Assembly: GCA_963743305.1 (NCBI GenBank)
Contig: CAVUPH010000002.1
Location: forward strand, 1 to 64,000
Source of the DNA: an uncultured delta proteobacterium
GTDB lineage: Bacteria; Desulfobacterota; RBG-13-43-22
Direction: 5' to 3'
DNA length: 64,000 bases
Part shown: positions 41,005 through 55,025 of the stretch, piece by piece
Numbering within the stretch: position 1 is the first letter of the stretch
Layout of the letters: every line of letters starts with the position of its first letter
The notes under the pieces: model-generated
Told to the model about the DNA's origin: nothing
The model's database searches: none
Seen by the model: only the letters and a program-made list of their open reading frames with translations
Position numbers and translations under genes: made by a program

Positions 41005-42204
41005 TTATTCCAAGATTTCGGAGATCACGCCGGCGCCTACGGTCCGACCTCCCTCACGTATGGCAAAGCGGAGTTCCTTCTCCATGGCAATGGGCATGAT
41101 CAAGGACACCGTCATCGAGACGTTGTCTCCCGGCATCACCATCTCCACCCCTTCCGGCAGGGTCACCACCCCCGTCACGTCGGTGGTCCGAAAATAAAAC
41201 TGCGGCCGATAGCCGTTGAAAAACGGCGTGTGCCGCCCGCCTTCCTCTTTCGACAGAATGTACGACTCCGCCTTGAACTTGGTGTGCGGCGTGATCGATC
41301 CCGTCTTGGCTACCACCTGACCCCGCTCCACATCGTCCCGCTTGGTCCCCCGCAGCAGCAACCCCACGTTGTCTCCCGCCTGGCCCTGATCCAAGGTCTT
41401 CCGAAACATCTCCACCCCGGTACAGATCGTCTTCACCGTCGGCCGAATCCCCACAATCTCTACTTCCTCACCGACCTTGATCATCCCGCGTTCCACCCGG
41501 CCCGTGACTACCGTCCCCCGGCCCGAAATGCTGAACACGTCCTCCACCGGCATCAAAAACGGCTTCTCAATATCCCGCACCGGCTCCGGAACATAGGTGT
41601 CGATCGCGTCCATCAGCTCCAAAATCGGCTGGCAAGCGGGACAGTCCCCTTTCCCGCAACCACACTCCAGCGCTTTCAGCGCCGATCCCTTGATGATCGG
41701 AATATCGTCCCCGGGATACTCGTACTTGCTCAAGAGTTCCCGCAGCTCCAGCTCCACCAGCTCGATCAACTCCGGATCGTCCACCATGTCCACCTTGTTC
41801 AAAAATACCACTATGTACGGCACCCCCACCTGACGACCCAGTAAAATATGCTCCCGCGTCTGCGGCATCGGCCCGTCATCCGCTCCCACCACCAGAATCG
41901 CCCCGTCCATCTGCGCCGCCCCGGTGATCATGTTCTTGATATAGTCCGCGTGCCCCGGACAGTCCACGTGCGCATAATGCCGCTTCTTGGTCTCGTACTC
42001 CACGTGGGCCGTGGCGATGGTAATGCCCCGCTCCTTCTCCTCCGGCGCCTTGTCGATCTCGTCAAAGGGTATGAAATTCGCAAACCCGCTCTTCGATAAA
42101 CATAGCGTGATCGCCGCCGTCAAGGTCGTCTTCCCATGATCAATATGCCCGATCGTCCCCACATTCACATGCGGCTTCGTCCGTTCAAATTTCTTCTTGG
42201 CCAT
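41005..42204 (-). CDS. tuf: Elongation factor Tu (str-operon copy)
   Basis: [21 protein letters not shown]; protein identical to the copy at 57571-58770. Confidence 0.99.
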   Translation of the reverse strand: MAKKKFERTKPHVNVGTIGHIDHGKTTLTAAITLCLSKSGFANFIPFDEIDKAPEEKERGITIATAHVEYETKKRHYAHVDCPGHADYIKNMITGAAQMDGAILVVGADDGPMPQTREHILLGRQVGVPYIVVFLNKVDMVDDPELIELVELELRELLSKYEYPGDDIPIIKGSALKALECGCGKGDCPACQPILELMDAIDTYVPEPVRDIEKPFLMPVEDVFSISGRGTVVTGRVERGMIKVGEEVEIVGIRPTVKTICTGVEMFRKTLDQGQAGDNVGLLLRGTKRDDVERGQVVAKTGSITPHTKFKAESYILSKEEGGRHTPFFNGYRPQFYFRTTDVTGVVTLPEGVEMVMPGDNVSMTVSLIMPIAMEKELRFAIREGGRTVGAGVISEILE

Positions 42205-42266
42205 CAGTCTCGTCCCCCTTGGTTAAATGTGGTCCAATCCCTTTTTGGGTTGCAGTCCGAAGACGA

Positions 42267-44345
42267 TTATTTCTTTTTCCGGCCGGCTAACAGGCCTTCC
42301 AATATAGATTGCGGTACTTTTTCGTAATGAGAAAATTGGAGGGTGAATGTCGCCCGGCCTTGGGTCGACGACCGGATGGAAGTGGAATACCCAAACATCT
42401 CCGCCATGGGGGCCTGGGCCTCAATGATCCGAGCCTGACCCCGGGACTCCAGTCCCAGGATTTTCCCCCGGCGGCCGGTAATGTCTCCCATCACATCACC
42501 GACAAACTCCTCCGGGGTGACGATCTCCAGCCCCATGACCGGTTCCAGTAAAACCAACCGGGCCTTGGCCACCGCTTCCTTAAGGGCGATGGAAGCGGCA
42601 AAATGGAAGGCCCGCTCCGAAGAATCCACCTCATGGTACGAACCGTCCAGCAAGCGGACCCCCAAATCAATCAGGGGATACCCGGCCAAAACCCCCCCGG
42701 CCATGGCCTCGCGGACACCCTTCTCAATCGCCGGGATATATTCCTTGGGGACGACGCCGCCGAAAATCTTATTCTCAAATAGAAACCCGCTGCCGGCTTC
42801 CCGGGGGTAAATTTCCAGCACCACATGGCCGTATTGCCCGCGACCGCCGCTCTGCCGAATATATTTGCCCTCCTGTTTAACCTGCTGGGTAATCGTTTCC
42901 TTATAGGCCACCTGGGGTTGGCCGATATTGGCATCCACCTTAAATTCCCGGGTCAAGCGATCGACGATGATCTCTAAATGGAGTTCGCCCATTCCGGATA
43001 ACAGCGTCTGGCCGGTTTCCTCGTCGGTGTGCACCAGGAAGGAAGGGTCTTCGGCCACGATCCGCTGCAGGGAGAGGCCCAATTTGTCCATATCGGCCTT
43101 GGTCCGAGGTTCTACGGCAATGGAGATCACCGGGATGGGAACCTGAAGCGATTCCAAGAGCAGCGGCGCTTCCGGAGAGCAGAGGCTGTCCCCGGTGGTG
43201 GTATTTTTCAGGCCCACGACCGCCACGATGTCCCCCGCCTGAATTTCCTTGATGTCCTCCCGCTGGTTGGCGTGCATTTTCAGCAGTCGCCCGATCTTCT
43301 CTTTTTTCCCTTTGTTGACATTGATCACGGTCCCCCCGGAAATCACCCGGCCTGAGTAGACCCTCAGGAAAGTCAAGTGCCCCACGTAAGGATCGGACAT
43401 GATTTTAAAAGCCAAGGCCGTGAAGGGTCCTTTTTCGTCGGCGGACCGGGGTTCGACCTGTCCCTGAGGATTGATTCCGGTGATGGGCGGCACGTCGGTG
43501 GGCGCCGGCAGATAGTCCACAATGGCGTCCAATAAAGGTTGAATCCCTTTATTCTTAAAGGCCGAACCGCAGAGGACGGGGACTACGGCCTGGCTCAAGG
43601 TAGCCAGTCGCAAGGCCTCCCGGATCTCTACCGGGGAAATGGGCTGCCCCTCCACGTACTTCTCCATCAGATTATCGTCGTGTTCGGCCAAGGATTCGAT
43701 CAGTCGCTGTCGCTGTTCGAGGGCCGCGGGACGCAGGCTTTCCGGCACCGGCCCGCGAACCAGTTGCCGTCCCAGAGAGTCTTCATCGAAAAAGACCGCC
43801 TCCTCCCGGATCAAATCAATCAGCCCGCTGAATTTATCTTCCAGGCCCAGCGGTAATTGGATAAAAACCGGTTTGGCCCCCAATCGTTCTTCCATCATCC
43901 GCAGGCATCGCTCCGGATCAGCCCCCACGCGGTCCATCTTGTTGATAAAGGCCAGCCGCGGGATCCCGTAGCGATCGGCCTGACGCCAAACCGTTTCGGA
44001 CTGCGGTTCCACGCCGGCTACGGCGTCAAAGACGGCTATCGCCCCATCCAAGACCCTCAGGGCGCGTTCCACTTCCATGGTAAAATCCACATGCCCGGGG
44101 GTATCAATGATATTGATGCGGTGATCCTGCCAATAACAGGTGGTCGCGGCCGAGGTGATGGTGATGCCCCTCTCCTGCTCCTGTTCCATCCAGTCCATGA
44201 CTGCTGAGCCCTCGTGAACTTCACCCATTTTATAGGATACCCCGGTATAATAGAGGATGCGCTCGGTAGTCGTGGTTTTCCCGGCATCGATATGGGCCAT
44301 AATACCAATGTTCCGGATTCTTGTTAGCGCTTGTTTTTCGACCAA
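42267..44345 (-). CDS. fusA: Elongation factor G
   Basis: [28 protein letters not shown]. Confidence 0.98.
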   Translation of the reverse strand: MVEKQALTRIRNIGIMAHIDAGKTTTTERILYYTGVSYKMGEVHEGSAVMDWMEQEQERGITITSAATTCYWQDHRINIIDTPGHVDFTMEVERALRVLDGAIAVFDAVAGVEPQSETVWRQADRYGIPRLAFINKMDRVGADPERCLRMMEERLGAKPVFIQLPLGLEDKFSGLIDLIREEAVFFDEDSLGRQLVRGPVPESLRPAALEQRQRLIESLAEHDDNLMEKYVEGQPISPVEIREALRLATLSQAVVPVLCGSAFKNKGIQPLLDAIVDYLPAPTDVPPITGINPQGQVEPRSADEKGPFTALAFKIMSDPYVGHLTFLRVYSGRVISGGTVINVNKGKKEKIGRLLKMHANQREDIKEIQAGDIVAVVGLKNTTTGDSLCSPEAPLLLESLQVPIPVISIAVEPRTKADMDKLGLSLQRIVAEDPSFLVHTDEETGQTLLSGMGELHLEIIVDRLTREFKVDANIGQPQVAYKETITQQVKQEGKYIRQSGGRGQYGHVVLEIYPREAGSGFLFENKIFGGVVPKEYIPAIEKGVREAMAGGVLAGYPLIDLGVRLLDGSYHEVDSSERAFHFAASIALKEAVAKARLVLLEPVMGLEIVTPEEFVGDVMGDITGRRGKILGLESRGQARIIEAQAPMAEMFGYSTSIRSSTQGRATFTLQFSHYEKVPQSILEGLLAGRKKK

Positions 44346-44392
44346 TTTCTAATTCTCCCGACCACATCGGCTTCTGGCCCGGTCTGATCCGA

Positions 44393-44863
44393 CTACCAGC
44401 GGTAATGGGCGAAGGCCTTGTTGGCTTCCGCCATTTTATGGGTATCCTCTTTTTTCTTGATGGCCGCCCCACGGTTATTGGCGGCATCCAGGAACTCTCC
44501 GGCCAGTTTGGCCTCCATGGTCTTTTCCGATCGGGCCTGGGAATAGGCAATCAGCCAGCGGATACTGAGCGAAAGACGGCGATTGGCCCGAACTTCCACC
44601 GGGACCTGATAGGTGGACCCCCCGACCCGCCGGGATTTTACTTCGATGACTGGTTTGACGTTATCCAAGGCCTTCTCAAAAATCTTCAGCGGTTCCTCTT
44701 CACTTTTCTTCCCGATGATCTCCAGTGCCCGATAGAGGATGGATTCGGCGGTGCTTTTTTTCCCGCGGCCCATCAGGCTGTTGACGAATTTGGCCGCCAA
44801 AGGGCTATGATATTTCGGGTCGGGCAGGATCTCCCTTTTCTGAACTTCTCTTTTGCGCGGCAT
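44393..44863 (-). CDS. rpsG: 30S ribosomal protein S7
   Basis: [27 protein letters not shown]. Confidence 0.98.
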   Translation of the reverse strand: MPRKREVQKREILPDPKYHSPLAAKFVNSLMGRGKKSTAESILYRALEIIGKKSEEEPLKIFEKALDNVKPVIEVKSRRVGGSTYQVPVEVRANRRLSLSIRWLIAYSQARSEKTMEAKLAGEFLDAANNRGAAIKKKEDTHKMAEANKAFAHYRW

Positions 44864-44944
44864 GGTGACCTCTAGCTGAGTGACGTTTGTTTTTTAGGGC
44901 TGAGAACGCAGGCTCCGCTGCGCCCCGCTTTTTCCGGAACCGGG

Positions 44945-45316
44945 CTACTTAGGCCTTTTGGCCCCGTATTTGGACCGACTCTTTTTGCGATCGGCTACCC
45001 CGATGGAGTCCAGGGTGCCGCGGATGATATGATAGCGGACCCCGGGCAGGTCTTTCACCCGTCCCCCCCGGATCAGGACCACGGAATGCTCCTGGAGGTT
45101 ATGCCCGACCCCCGGAATGTAGGTGGTCACCTCCATGCCGTTCGTCAAACGAACCCGGGCCACCTTCCGCAGCGCGGAGTTAGGCTTTTTGGGCGTTGAG
45201 GTATAAACCCGGATACAGACGCCTCGTTTCTGAGGGCAGGCCTTTAAGGCCGGCGTGGATACCTTTCCTTTAACCTTGGTCCTACCCTGACGAATGAGTT
45301 GATTAATGGTGGACAT
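44945..45316 (-). CDS. rpsL: 30S ribosomal protein S12
   Basis: [23 protein letters not shown]. Confidence 0.99.
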   Translation of the reverse strand: MSTINQLIRQGRTKVKGKVSTPALKACPQKRGVCIRVYTSTPKKPNSALRKVARVRLTNGMEVTTYIPGVGHNLQEHSVVLIRGGRVKDLPGVRYHIIRGTLDSIGVADRKKSRSKYGAKRPK

Positions 45317-45402
45317 ACCGCTCCTTTTTTGAAACGCCCCGTTGACCGACTTTCCCAGAAGGCTGTCGGTCGCAAATATTTGACTATTTTTAAAAAATTT
45401 AT

Positions 45403-45432
45403 ATTATTATCTTATTTTTTTCGACTTGTCAA
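45403..45432 (-). promoter_or_regulatory. Probable sigma70 promoter of the str operon
   Basis: TTGACA-N17-TAATAA(T) in the AT-rich rpoC-rpsL spacer. Confidence 0.55.
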
Positions 45433-45458
45433 CTCTTTTTTGGCCCGGTTTCCAGGAA

Positions 45459-48400
45459 TTACGGCTCGCTCCGTTCCGCCACGGCCTTACCCGGTTGGGG
45501 CAAAATAATATTCCGGTAGACGGCCATCCCGGTGCCGGCCGGAATGATGCGTCCCAGAATGACATTTTCCTTCAAGCCCCGTAAATAATCTTTTTCTCCG
45601 CCGATGCTGGCGTCGGTCAGGACCTTGGTCGTCTCTTGGAAGGAGGCCGCGGAAATGAAACTGTCGGTCGACAGGGAGGCCTTGGTAATCCCCTGAAGGA
45701 GCGGCTCGGCCTGGGCCGGTCTTCCTCCCTCGGCCAGGACTTCCCGGTTTTTCTGATTGAAAAGCTGCCACTCCACCTGATCCCCCACCAAATAATCGCT
45801 GTCTCCCGGATCCTTGATCTTGACCTTGCGGAGCATCTGGCGAACAATGACCTCGATGTGCTTGTCGTTGATTTTCACTCCCTGAAGGCGGTAGACTTCC
45901 TGGACTTCATTGACCAGGTATTTGGCCAATTCCTTGATCCCGCTGACGCTTAGGATGTCGTGGGGGTTGGCCGACCCGTCCATCAGGGCCTCGCCGGCCA
46001 AGATGACGTCCCCCTCCTGCACGCTCACGTGTTTGCCTTTGGGAATGAGGTATTCCCGGGGCTCGCCCACCTCCGGGGTGACCACTACCTTTCGTTTCCC
46101 TTTGCTGTGCTTCCCAAAAGTCACCATCCCGTCGATTTCGGTGATCACGGCGTGCTCTTTGGGTTTGCGAACTTCAAATAACTCGGCCACCCGGGGCAGA
46201 CCGCCGGTGATGTCTTTGGTCTTGGTGGTTTCTCGGGGGATCTTAGCCACGACGTCGCCGGCTAAAATCGCATCACCCTCGGTGACCAGGATAATCGCCC
46301 CCAAGGGGAGCAGATACCGGGCCCAGGCATTGGACTGGGGCAACTTGGCCGTCCGGCCCTGGTCATCCTTGATGGAAATTCGAGGCCGCATTTCCGCATC
46401 CCGGTATTCCACGATAACCTTGCTGGATTTTCCGGTCACTACGTCCCGCCGCTCTTCCATGGTCATCCCTTCGTTGACGTCTCCAAATTTCACTTTCCCG
46501 GAAACAGCGGTAATGATCGGAATGGTAAAGGGGTCCCAATTGGCCAGCAAGTCTCCGGCCTTAACCGCTTGCCCTTCCTTGATTTTCAACTGAGTCCCGT
46601 AAATCAGGGGATAACGCTCCCGTTCCCGACCTTTATCATCCTCGATGGCTATCTGGCCGTTGCGGTTCATCACCACCGGGTCGCCATCGCGATTCACTAC
46701 CGTATTCAATTGAACGAAGCGCACCCGGCCGTCGGTCCGGGCGTGGAGCGTCGATTGTTCACTGCGCTGTTTGGCCACGCCGCCGATATGAAAGGTCCGC
46801 ATGGTGAGCTGGGTTCCCGGTTCCCCAATGGATTGGGCGGCAATGATACCGATGGCCTCTCCGATATTGACCGGTTTTCCATAGGCCAAATCACGGCCAT
46901 AGCAACGGGCGCACACCCCGCGAACGCTCTGACAGGTCAACACCGACCGGATAGAGACCCGTTCGATACCGGCCTCTTCCAGTCGCTCCACCGCCGTCTC
47001 GTCGATCTCGGTATTAGACTGGACCAGCACTTCTTCACTGTAAGGGTCTTTGATATCCGTCAGGGCCACACGGCCCAAAACCCGCTCCCCGATGGGCTGG
47101 ATCACCTCCCCGGCTTCCCGCAGGGCCTCCACGATAATCCCGTCGATGGTGCCGCAGTCTTCCTCGTGGATAATCATGTCCTGGGAGACATCCACCAAAC
47201 GTCGGGTCAAATAGCCGGAATTGGCGGTTTTCAAGGCCGTATCGGCCAGCCCTTTCCGGGCCCCGTGGGTGGAAATGAAGTATTCCAGCACGCTCAGGCC
47301 TTCTCTGAAATTGGCTCGGATCGGCGTCTCGATGATCTCCCCGGAAGGTTTGGCCATCAGTCCCCGCATGCCGGCCAACTGGCGCATCTGGTCTTTGCTA
47401 CCCCGGGAACCGGAATCGGACATCATAAAAATGGGGTTAAAACTGGGCACCATAACCTGGCTGTCCTGGGGGCCGGCCACCATTTCGGTGCCCATCACTT
47501 CCATCATCTCCTGGGCCACGTCCTCACTGGCCTTGGCCCAGATATCCACCAGTTTGTTGTATTTTTCTCCGTCGGTGATCAGTCCGTCGACGTACTGCTT
47601 CTCCACCCGGCGGACTTCGTCTTCGGCCTTGCGCAAAATCTCTTTTTTCTCGGGGGGAACCTTCATGTCGGCCACCGAAATGGATATCCCGGATAAGGTG
47701 GCATAGTGAAAACCGACATCCTTTAACCGGTCGGCCAAAATAACCGTCTCCTTGATACCGGCTTTCCGGTAGCAATCGTCGATCAGCTTTCGGATTTCCT
47801 TTTTGGTCATGACCCGGTTGACCCGCTTGAAGGGGATCATAGGCGGAATCACTTCGAACAGCAAAACCCGTCCCACGGTGGTATCCAGCAATTGGCCGTT
47901 CAGGCGCATGCGGATACGGGCATGCAGGTCCGCTTCTTTGGCGTCATAGGCCCGGCGGACTTCCTCCGGCCCGGAAAAAATCTTGCCCTCCCCTTTTTGA
48001 AAGAAGCGGTCCCGGGTCAGGTAATACAACCCCAGGACGATATCCTGGGAAGGCACGATAATCGGTTCCCCGTTGGCCGGAGAAAGGATGTTGTTGGTGG
48101 ACATCATCAGCACCCGGGCCTCGATTTGGGCCTGGATGGAGAGAGGGACATGGACGGCCATCTGATCCCCGTCAAAGTCGGCGTTGAACGCCGCGCAGAC
48201 CAGGGGGTGAAGCTGAATGGCCTTGCCTTCGACTAAGATGGGTTCAAAAGCCTGGATACCCAAACGATGCAAGGTGGGCGCCCGGTTGAGCAGGATGGGA
48301 TATTCCCGGACCACCTCGTCCAGGGTATCCCAGACCTCGGGAGTTTCTTTTTCCACCATCCGTTTGGCGGTTTTGATGGTGCTGACGAACCCTTTTTCCT

Positions 48401-49556
48401 CCAATTTGCTATAGATGAAGGGTTTAAAAAGCTCCAAGGCCATCTTTTTGGGCAGGCCGCACTGGTGCAAACGCAGATTGGGGCCAATGACGATAACCGT
48501 ACGACCGGAATAGTCCACCCGTTTTCCCAAAAGATTTTGGCGAAACCGGCCCTGTTTCCCTTTGAGCATGTCGCTCAGGGATTTCAGGGGACGTTTATTG
48601 GTACCGGTGATGACCTTACCCCTCCGGCCGTTATCGAACAGGACGTCCACCGCTTCCTGGAGCATCCTTTTCTCGTTGCGAATAATGATATCGGGGGCGT
48701 TGAGTTCCAGAAGCCTTTTAAGCCGGTTGTTGCGATTAATCACCCGGCGGTAAAGATCGTTGAGATCCGAGGTGGCGAACCGTCCCCCATCCAAGGGCAC
48801 CAAGGGCCGCAAGTCCGGCGGCAGCACCGGAATAACGTCCATGACCATCCACTCGGGCCGGTTTCCGGAATCCTTGAAGGCCTCAATGACCTTCAGGCGT
48901 TTGATGTATTTTTTCTTTTTGGCCTCCGAATGGGTGGTCCGAACCTCCTCCCGCAAGGTTTTGGATTCCCCCTCCAGGTCCTGGGCCTGGAGCAGAATTT
49001 GGATGGCTTCGGCGCCGATCCCGGCCTTGAACTTATCCCCGAATTCTTCCCGGGCCTGCCGGTACCGCTCCTCCGGAAGCAGGGTTTTGGGAGGCAGCGA
49101 GGCCTCCTCGGATTCCAGGACGATATAGGACTCAAAATAAAGTATTTTTTCCAACTCCTTAAGGGTCAGGTCCAGCAGATTGCCGATCTTGCTGGGCAAA
49201 CTTTTCAAAAACCAGATGTGGGCCACCGGGGTGGCCAGCTCGATGTGACCCATTCGTTCCCGCCGGACCTTCGACTGGATGACCTCCACGCCGCATTTTT
49301 CGCAGACCACCCCGCGGTGCTTCATTCGCTTGTATTTCCCGCAGTTACACTCGTAATCCTTGGTGGGGCCAAATATTTTGGCGCAGAAAAGGCCTTCCCG
49401 CTCGGGCTTAAAGGTCCGGTAGTTGATGGTCTCCGGCTTCTTAACCTCCCCAAATGACCACTCTCGGATCTTTTGCGGGGAAGCCAGGGAAATCCTGACC
49501 GCATAATAGTTCAACGGGTCTTTCGGTTTGGCAAAATAACTGAACAGATCTTCCAC
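45459..49556 (-). CDS. rpoC: RNA polymerase beta' subunit
   Basis: [12 protein letters not shown] catalytic motif; N-terminal Zn finger. Confidence 0.99.
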   Translation of the reverse strand: MEDLFSYFAKPKDPLNYYAVRISLASPQKIREWSFGEVKKPETINYRTFKPEREGLFCAKIFGPTKDYECNCGKYKRMKHRGVVCEKCGVEVIQSKVRRERMGHIELATPVAHIWFLKSLPSKIGNLLDLTLKELEKILYFESYIVLESEEASLPPKTLLPEERYRQAREEFGDKFKAGIGAEAIQILLQAQDLEGESKTLREEVRTTHSEAKKKKYIKRLKVIEAFKDSGNRPEWMVMDVIPVLPPDLRPLVPLDGGRFATSDLNDLYRRVINRNNRLKRLLELNAPDIIIRNEKRMLQEAVDVLFDNGRRGKVITGTNKRPLKSLSDMLKGKQGRFRQNLLGKRVDYSGRTVIVIGPNLRLHQCGLPKKMALELFKPFIYSKLEEKGFVSTIKTAKRMVEKETPEVWDTLDEVVREYPILLNRAPTLHRLGIQAFEPILVEGKAIQLHPLVCAAFNADFDGDQMAVHVPLSIQAQIEARVLMMSTNNILSPANGEPIIVPSQDIVLGLYYLTRDRFFQKGEGKIFSGPEEVRRAYDAKEADLHARIRMRLNGQLLDTTVGRVLLFEVIPPMIPFKRVNRVMTKKEIRKLIDDCYRKAGIKETVILADRLKDVGFHYATLSGISISVADMKVPPEKKEILRKAEDEVRRVEKQYVDGLITDGEKYNKLVDIWAKASEDVAQEMMEVMGTEMVAGPQDSQVMVPSFNPIFMMSDSGSRGSKDQMRQLAGMRGLMAKPSGEIIETPIRANFREGLSVLEYFISTHGARKGLADTALKTANSGYLTRRLVDVSQDMIIHEEDCGTIDGIIVEALREAGEVIQPIGERVLGRVALTDIKDPYSEEVLVQSNTEIDETAVERLEEAGIERVSIRSVLTCQSVRGVCARCYGRDLAYGKPVNIGEAIGIIAAQSIGEPGTQLTMRTFHIGGVAKQRSEQSTLHARTDGRVRFVQLNTVVNRDGDPVVMNRNGQIAIEDDKGRERERYPLIYGTQLKIKEGQAVKAGDLLANWDPFTIPIITAVSGKVKFGDVNEGMTMEERRDVVTGKSSKVIVEYRDAEMRPRISIKDDQGRTAKLPQSNAWARYLLPLGAIILVTEGDAILAGDVVAKIPRETTKTKDITGGLPRVAELFEVRKPKEHAVITEIDGMVTFGKHSKGKRKVVVTPEVGEPREYLIPKGKHVSVQEGDVILAGEALMDGSANPHDILSVSGIKELAKYLVNEVQEVYRLQGVKINDKHIEVIVRQMLRKVKIKDPGDSDYLVGDQVEWQLFNQKNREVLAEGGRPAQAEPLLQGITKASLSTDSFISAASFQETTKVLTDASIGGEKDYLRGLKENVILGRIIPAGTGMAVYRNIILPQPGKAVAERSEP

Positions 49557-49585
49557 GGCAACACTCCTCTAAAAAAACTTCGGCC

Positions 49586-52500
49586 TTAGGCGTTCGGCGA
49601 GGGGTCCGGTGCCCCACCCTCCAGGAGCTCGATATTCAAGCCCAGACTCTGCAATTCTTTCATCAGGACATTAAAGGATTCCGGTAGCCCGGCCTCCAGC
49701 ACGTTGTCCCCTTTAACGATTTTTTCGTACATCCGAGTCCGGCCGGCTACGTCGTCGGATTTGACGGTCAGGAATTCCTGAAGGGTGTAGGCGGCTCCGT
49801 AAGCCTCCATGGCCCAGACTTCCATTTCCCCTAGGCGCTGCCCGCCGAATTGAGCCTTCCCGCCCAGGGGTTGCTGGGTCACCAGTGAATAGGGGCCTAT
49901 GGACCGGGCATGAATTTTGTCATCGACCAGATGATGCAGCTTAAGCATATACATGACCCCCACCGTCACCGGTCGGTCAAACGGTTCCCCGGTCCGGCCG
50001 TCGAAAAGGACGGACTTCCCGGTTTCCGAAATCCCGGCCAGCTTCAGCAGCCGTTGGATATCCGCCTCGTCGGCCCCATCGAAAACCGGAGTGGCCATGT
50101 GAATCCCCTCCCGGAACTGATCTCTTAAGAGGAGCAGGCCCTCATCCGGAATGGCATCGAAATAGCTGTCAATTTTTTTCGACTCGTAGACCTTTTTGAG
50201 CAGCTTTCGGGCTTCGGCGACTCGCTGGAACTCGCCGACCAGATCGGCGACCTTTTTGCCCAACTCTCGAGAGGCCCAACCCAAGTGAGTCTCCAAAACC
50301 TGACCCACATTCATACGCGAGGGGACCCCTAAAGGATTGAGGACGATATCCACTGAGGTGCCGTCGGCAAAATAAGGCAAGTCCTCCCTGGGGAGAATCC
50401 GGGAAACGACGCCCTTGTTCCCGTGCCGGCCGGCCATCTTATCTCCCACCGCCAGCTTTCGCTTAACGGCCAGGTAGATTTTGACCATTTTGACCACCCC
50501 GGGAGGGAGTTCATCCCCTTTTTTCAACTTGGCTACCTTCCCCTCAAAAGTCCCTTTGATCAAGGATACCTTTTCCTGATAATCCCTGATAATCCCTTCC
50601 AATTCTTCCTTGAGGTCCTTTCCTTTGGATACCGCCAGGTCTTTCCATTTTTTGACCGGAAGTTTGGTCAATTTTTCCAGAGAAATCTTTTCCCCCCGGG
50701 CGATCAGGACCTTTTCGCTGCGGTCTTCTTTGATGGTATTGCTCGATATTTTTCCGGCCACCAAGGCCTTCAAGCGCTGCAGCGCCTCCCGATGTAGAAT
50801 CTGAATCTCGTCGTTTTGATCCTTCATGATCCGGGCCACTTCTTCCTCTTCAATGGCCTTGGACCGGGCATCCCGCTCCACCCCTTTACGGGAGAAAACC
50901 TTGGCTTCGATAACGACGCCCTCGATCCCCGGCGGAACCCGGAGGGAAGAGTCCTTCACGTCCCCGGCCTTTTCTCCGAAGATCGCCCGGAGCAGTTTCT
51001 CCTCCGGGGAAAGTTGGGTTTCTCCTTTCGGAGTAACCTTCCCGACCAAAATATCGCCGGCCTTCACTTCCGCTCCGATGCGAATGATGCCGCTTTCGTC
51101 CAAATTTTTTAAGGACTCATCCCCCAGATTGGGAATATCCCGGGTGATTTCCTCCCGGCCCAGCTTGGTATCCCGGGCCACCAGTTCGAATTCTTCGATA
51201 TGAATCGAGGTGAAAACATCGTCCTTAACCAGATGCTCTCCCACCAGGATGGAGTCTTCAAAATTATAACCACCCCAGGACATGAAGGCCACCAGCACGT
51301 TACGCCCTAAGGCCAACTCTCCTTTCTCGGTGGAGGGACCGTCGGCGATAACCTGTCCTTTTTGAATCGGGTCCCCTTTACGAACGATCGGTTTTTGACT
51401 GAAACAGGTATTCTGGTTGGACCGCTGGAATTTATTCAATTTGTACAGTTCCACTCCGGCCCCCAAAGGACGGGCTTTCGTTTCCTCCGAAGTGTACCGG
51501 ACCACAATCCGATCGGCGTCCACGTCTTCCACCACGCCATTATTTTTGGCGACCACGGTTACCCCGGAATCTCGCGCCACCACCTCTTCAATCCCGGTTC
51601 CGATGATCGGGGCGCGGCAGGAAAGCAACGGCACGGCCTGACGCTGCATATTGGATCCCATCAAGGCCCGGTTGGCGTCGTCATTTTCCAAAAAAGGGAT
51701 CAGGGAAGCCGCCACGCTGACCAATTGGTTGGGAGAAACGTCCATGAGGTCGATAGCCTCTTCCTCCCGATTGACCATCACAAATTCCCCGTCCTTTCTG
51801 GCCGAAACCATGGTGTCGACCAGTCGCCCGGCCCGGTCCAAGGGGATATTGGCCTGAGCGATATTAAATCCTTGTTCATCCAAAGCGCTCAAGAATTTTA
51901 CTTCCGGGGTAGCCGAACCTTCCTCGACCACCCGGTAAGGGGTCTCGATAAAACCGAATTCATTTACCCGGGCATAGGTACTCAGGGAAACAATGAGGCC
52001 GATATTGGGCCCTTCGGGCGTTTCAATCGGACATATCCGCCCGTAATGGGTGGGATGCACGTCCCGCACCTCAAACCCGGCCCGTTCCCGGGTGAGCCCG
52101 CCCGGGCCCAGGGCGCTCAACCGCCTTTTGTGGGTGATTTCGGAGAGCGGATTGGTCTGGTCCATAAATTGAGAAAGTTGGCTGGTCCCGAAAAATTCCT
52201 TCACCACGGCGGCCACCGGTTTGGGATTGATCAGGTCATGGGGCATCAGGGTCTCGATCTCCTGCAGGGTCATTCGCTCCTTGATGGCCCGTTCCATCCG
52301 CACCAACCCTATGCGATACTGGTTTTCCAAAAGTTCGCCGACGGCCCGGACCCGGCGATTGCCCAAATGATCGATATCGTCCACCGCGCCGTTGGTATCC
52401 TTCAGCTCAATCAGCTTCTTCACCGTCAGCAGGATATCCTCTTTGCGCAGGGTCCGATCCTCCAGGGGAACCTCGAGGCCTAGGCGGTGATTCAACTTGA

Positions 52501-53731
52501 GCCGACCCACCGACGAGAGATCGTAGTTGTCCGGATTGAAAAACAGGTTGTAAAAAAAGTTGGTGGCCACTTCCAGGGTTGGCGGGTTGCTGGGGCGCAA
52601 CTTCTTATAGATCTCCAGGATGGCCTCTTCGCTGCCCGGCACCTTATCCATAATCAAGGTATCCCGCAGAGAAGAACTGACATTGACCCCGTCGATAAAC
52701 AGCAAATCCACAAAAGGCGTCTTCTTTTGCAGCAGAAGGTTTAGTTTCTCCCGGGTCAATTCCTCGTTGCTTTCGATCAGGATCTCTCCCGTCTCGGGAT
52801 CCACCACTTCCTGCGCCAGGAAATACCCCTCGATGTCTTCGGCCCTGGCCGGCAACGACCGGATTTCCGCGTCCTGAAGCAATTTAATAATCCGCTTATT
52901 GATCTTTCGGTTTTTGCGGACGATCACTTCTCCCGTCAGGGGATTCACAATGTCCCGGGGGGCCTTTTTGCCCAAAAGGAAATCCGGATTGACTTCCCGG
53001 CGTATTTTCCCATCCTCCAGGGTGATCCGCTCCCGTTCGTAAAAATAATTCAGTAACTCCTGATTGGAATACCCTAAAGCCTTCAACAGAATGGTTACCG
53101 GAAATTTCCTCCGTCGGTCGATGCGGACAAAAAGGATATTTTTCGGATCAAACTCCAGATCAATCCAGGAGCCGCGCAAAGGAATGACCCGCGCCGAATA
53201 TAAAAGGCGCCCGCTGCTGTGGGTCTTCCCCTTGTCATGGGCAAAGAACACCCCCGGCGACCGATGCAACTGACTGACCACCACCCGCTCGGTGCCGTTG
53301 ACGATGAACGTTCCCTTATCGGTCATCAAGGGAATCGTCCCGAAATAAATATCCTGTTCCTTGATGTCCCGAATCGTTTGGCTCCCGGTATCTTTGTCCA
53401 GATCGTTAACGATGAGGCGGACGGTGATTTTCATCGGCACGTCATACGTCATGCCCCTTTGCAGGCATTCCGCCTCATCGTATTTTACCTCACCGAAACT
53501 GTATCGAACAAACTCCAGAGAAGATAACCCGCTAAAATCCCGGATGGGAAAAACGCTTTTAAAGACCCCTTGCAGGCCGGTATTTTCCCGTTGATCGGGA
53601 TCCCTATGGTATTGCAGAAAACGTTCGTAGGATTGCTTCTGCATGTCCATCAAATTGGGAATATCGATAATCTTTTCGATGTGTCCGAAATTCTTTCGAA
53701 ACCGAACGTTGAGGAAAGAACGATCTTTCAT
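49586..53731 (-). CDS. rpoB: RNA polymerase beta subunit
   Basis: [41 protein letters not shown]; start probably MKDRS after GGAG. Confidence 0.99.
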   Translation of the reverse strand: MKDRSFLNVRFRKNFGHIEKIIDIPNLMDMQKQSYERFLQYHRDPDQRENTGLQGVFKSVFPIRDFSGLSSLEFVRYSFGEVKYDEAECLQRGMTYDVPMKITVRLIVNDLDKDTGSQTIRDIKEQDIYFGTIPLMTDKGTFIVNGTERVVVSQLHRSPGVFFAHDKGKTHSSGRLLYSARVIPLRGSWIDLEFDPKNILFVRIDRRRKFPVTILLKALGYSNQELLNYFYERERITLEDGKIRREVNPDFLLGKKAPRDIVNPLTGEVIVRKNRKINKRIIKLLQDAEIRSLPARAEDIEGYFLAQEVVDPETGEILIESNEELTREKLNLLLQKKTPFVDLLFIDGVNVSSSLRDTLIMDKVPGSEEAILEIYKKLRPSNPPTLEVATNFFYNLFFNPDNYDLSSVGRLKLNHRLGLEVPLEDRTLRKEDILLTVKKLIELKDTNGAVDDIDHLGNRRVRAVGELLENQYRIGLVRMERAIKERMTLQEIETLMPHDLINPKPVAAVVKEFFGTSQLSQFMDQTNPLSEITHKRRLSALGPGGLTRERAGFEVRDVHPTHYGRICPIETPEGPNIGLIVSLSTYARVNEFGFIETPYRVVEEGSATPEVKFLSALDEQGFNIAQANIPLDRAGRLVDTMVSARKDGEFVMVNREEEAIDLMDVSPNQLVSVAASLIPFLENDDANRALMGSNMQRQAVPLLSCRAPIIGTGIEEVVARDSGVTVVAKNNGVVEDVDADRIVVRYTSEETKARPLGAGVELYKLNKFQRSNQNTCFSQKPIVRKGDPIQKGQVIADGPSTEKGELALGRNVLVAFMSWGGYNFEDSILVGEHLVKDDVFTSIHIEEFELVARDTKLGREEITRDIPNLGDESLKNLDESGIIRIGAEVKAGDILVGKVTPKGETQLSPEEKLLRAIFGEKAGDVKDSSLRVPPGIEGVVIEAKVFSRKGVERDARSKAIEEEEVARIMKDQNDEIQILHREALQRLKALVAGKISSNTIKEDRSEKVLIARGEKISLEKLTKLPVKKWKDLAVSKGKDLKEELEGIIRDYQEKVSLIKGTFEGKVAKLKKGDELPPGVVKMVKIYLAVKRKLAVGDKMAGRHGNKGVVSRILPREDLPYFADGTSVDIVLNPLGVPSRMNVGQVLETHLGWASRELGKKVADLVGEFQRVAEARKLLKKVYESKKIDSYFDAIPDEGLLLLRDQFREGIHMATPVFDGADEADIQRLLKLAGISETGKSVLFDGRTGEPFDRPVTVGVMYMLKLHHLVDDKIHARSIGPYSLVTQQPLGGKAQFGGQRLGEMEVWAMEAYGAAYTLQEFLTVKSDDVAGRTRMYEKIVKGDNVLEAGLPESFNVLMKELQSLGLNIELLEGGAPDPSPNA

Positions 53732-53793
53732 CCCGTCTCCTTTACATGACAAGCATTGGTTGCAGCGGGTGCCCGCCTCGATCAGCCGCCAAG

Positions 53794-54183
53794 CTACTTA
53801 ATTTCCACGGCGGCCCCAGCGGCTTCCAACTGCTTTTTTACATTTTCCGCTTCCTCTTTCGGGATGCCTTCCTTAATGGTGCTGGGCAGAGTCTCGACGG
53901 CGTCCTTGGCCTCCTTCAGCCCTAAATTAGTAATGGCCCGGACCTCCTTGATCACTTGAATCTTTTTGTCTCCCACTCCGGTCAGGATAACGGCGAATTC
54001 GGTTTGCTCTTCCTGCACCACAGCTTCTCCGGCCCCCGGCATCGGGCCGGCCATGGCCATGACCGGGGCCGAGGCCTTAACGCCGAAGGTATCTTCTAAC
54101 TCCTTGACCAATTCGGAAAGCTCCAAAACGGTCATATTGGAAATGAACTCGATTACCTCTGCTTTAGTGATTTTCTCAGCCAT
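53794..54183 (-). CDS. rplL: 50S ribosomal protein L7/L12
   Basis: [24 protein letters not shown]. Confidence 0.98.
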   Translation of the reverse strand: MAEKITKAEVIEFISNMTVLELSELVKELEDTFGVKASAPVMAMAGPMPGAGEAVVQEEQTEFAVILTGVGDKKIQVIKEVRAITNLGLKEAKDAVETLPSTIKEGIPKEEAENVKKQLEAAGAAVEIK

Positions 54184-54210
54184 CGTTAATCTTCCTCCTG
54201 ATAATTAATC

Positions 54211-54732
54211 TTAAGCCTGGGCTTTTTGGTCTTCCACGGCCTTCAAGGTTAGTAAAAATTTCTGAATGATAGCGGACAGGGTAGAAACCAATCCGGTAGG
54301 CACGGCCACCAACGCAGACAACAACTGCCCCAGAAGAATTTCCCGGGACGGCATCTTGGCCAGTTGACCCACGTCCTCTGCCGAAATCGGCCTTCCCTGA
54401 AGAACCCCGCCTTTAAAGGCAAATTTATCCCGGTCCTTGGCGAAGTCCGCCAGCAGTTTGGCCGAAGCCACCGGATCCCCATAACTGATGGTAATCCCGC
54501 AGGGACCCACCAGAATGTCCTCGATCGCCGAGACCGAAGTCTCCTGAGAGGCCCGCCGCAGCAGGGTCTTCTTCACGACCTGGTATTCATCTCCCCGCTG
54601 CTTCAGATCCCGGCGCAATTTGTTGATCGATTCGACATTCAACCCTGTAAAATCGGTAACAAAAACGGCCTGAGATCTGGTCAGACGTTGGCGAAGATCG
54701 ACCACGATCTTTTCCTTATCCGTCTTTTTCAA
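54211..54732 (-). CDS. rplJ: 50S ribosomal protein L10
   Basis: DFTGLNV, VVKKTLLR, LAKMPSRE; position before rplL. Confidence 0.95.
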   Translation of the reverse strand: MKKTDKEKIVVDLRQRLTRSQAVFVTDFTGLNVESINKLRRDLKQRGDEYQVVKKTLLRRASQETSVSAIEDILVGPCGITISYGDPVASAKLLADFAKDRDKFAFKGGVLQGRPISAEDVGQLAKMPSREILLGQLLSALVAVPTGLVSTLSAIIQKFLLTLKAVEDQKAQA

Positions 54733-54813
54733 GAATGCACCCCTCCTTTCTTACCATTCGTTCTTCGGCGGTCAAATCCGTGGGGCCGACAGCTGAGTTC
54801 AGTCGGAATATCC

Positions 54814-54869
54814 GAGTCTCGGTAGGCTGAAAAAATCATTTAAAGCCTGGCAGGCACCTACGGTCTTTA
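54814..54869 (-). promoter_or_regulatory. L10 (rplJ) ribosomal protein leader RNA
   Basis: AAGACCGTAGG...TTAA...CCTACCGAGA upstream of rplJ, the known autoregulatory leader signature. Confidence 0.75.
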
Positions 54870-55025
54870 ACTCGTGGAACGGTTGGCTTTGGTTGATCAT
54901 TTAAATCCAGGGAACAAATCGATCAGTTCGCCGGACCTTCCGGAAGAAGGCCTGAAAGTCACTTTTTCACGTCGCCCCCCGGTCAAGAATATATCTCTCC
55001 AGGGGTTCAAAAGGGACCGGTTGGG

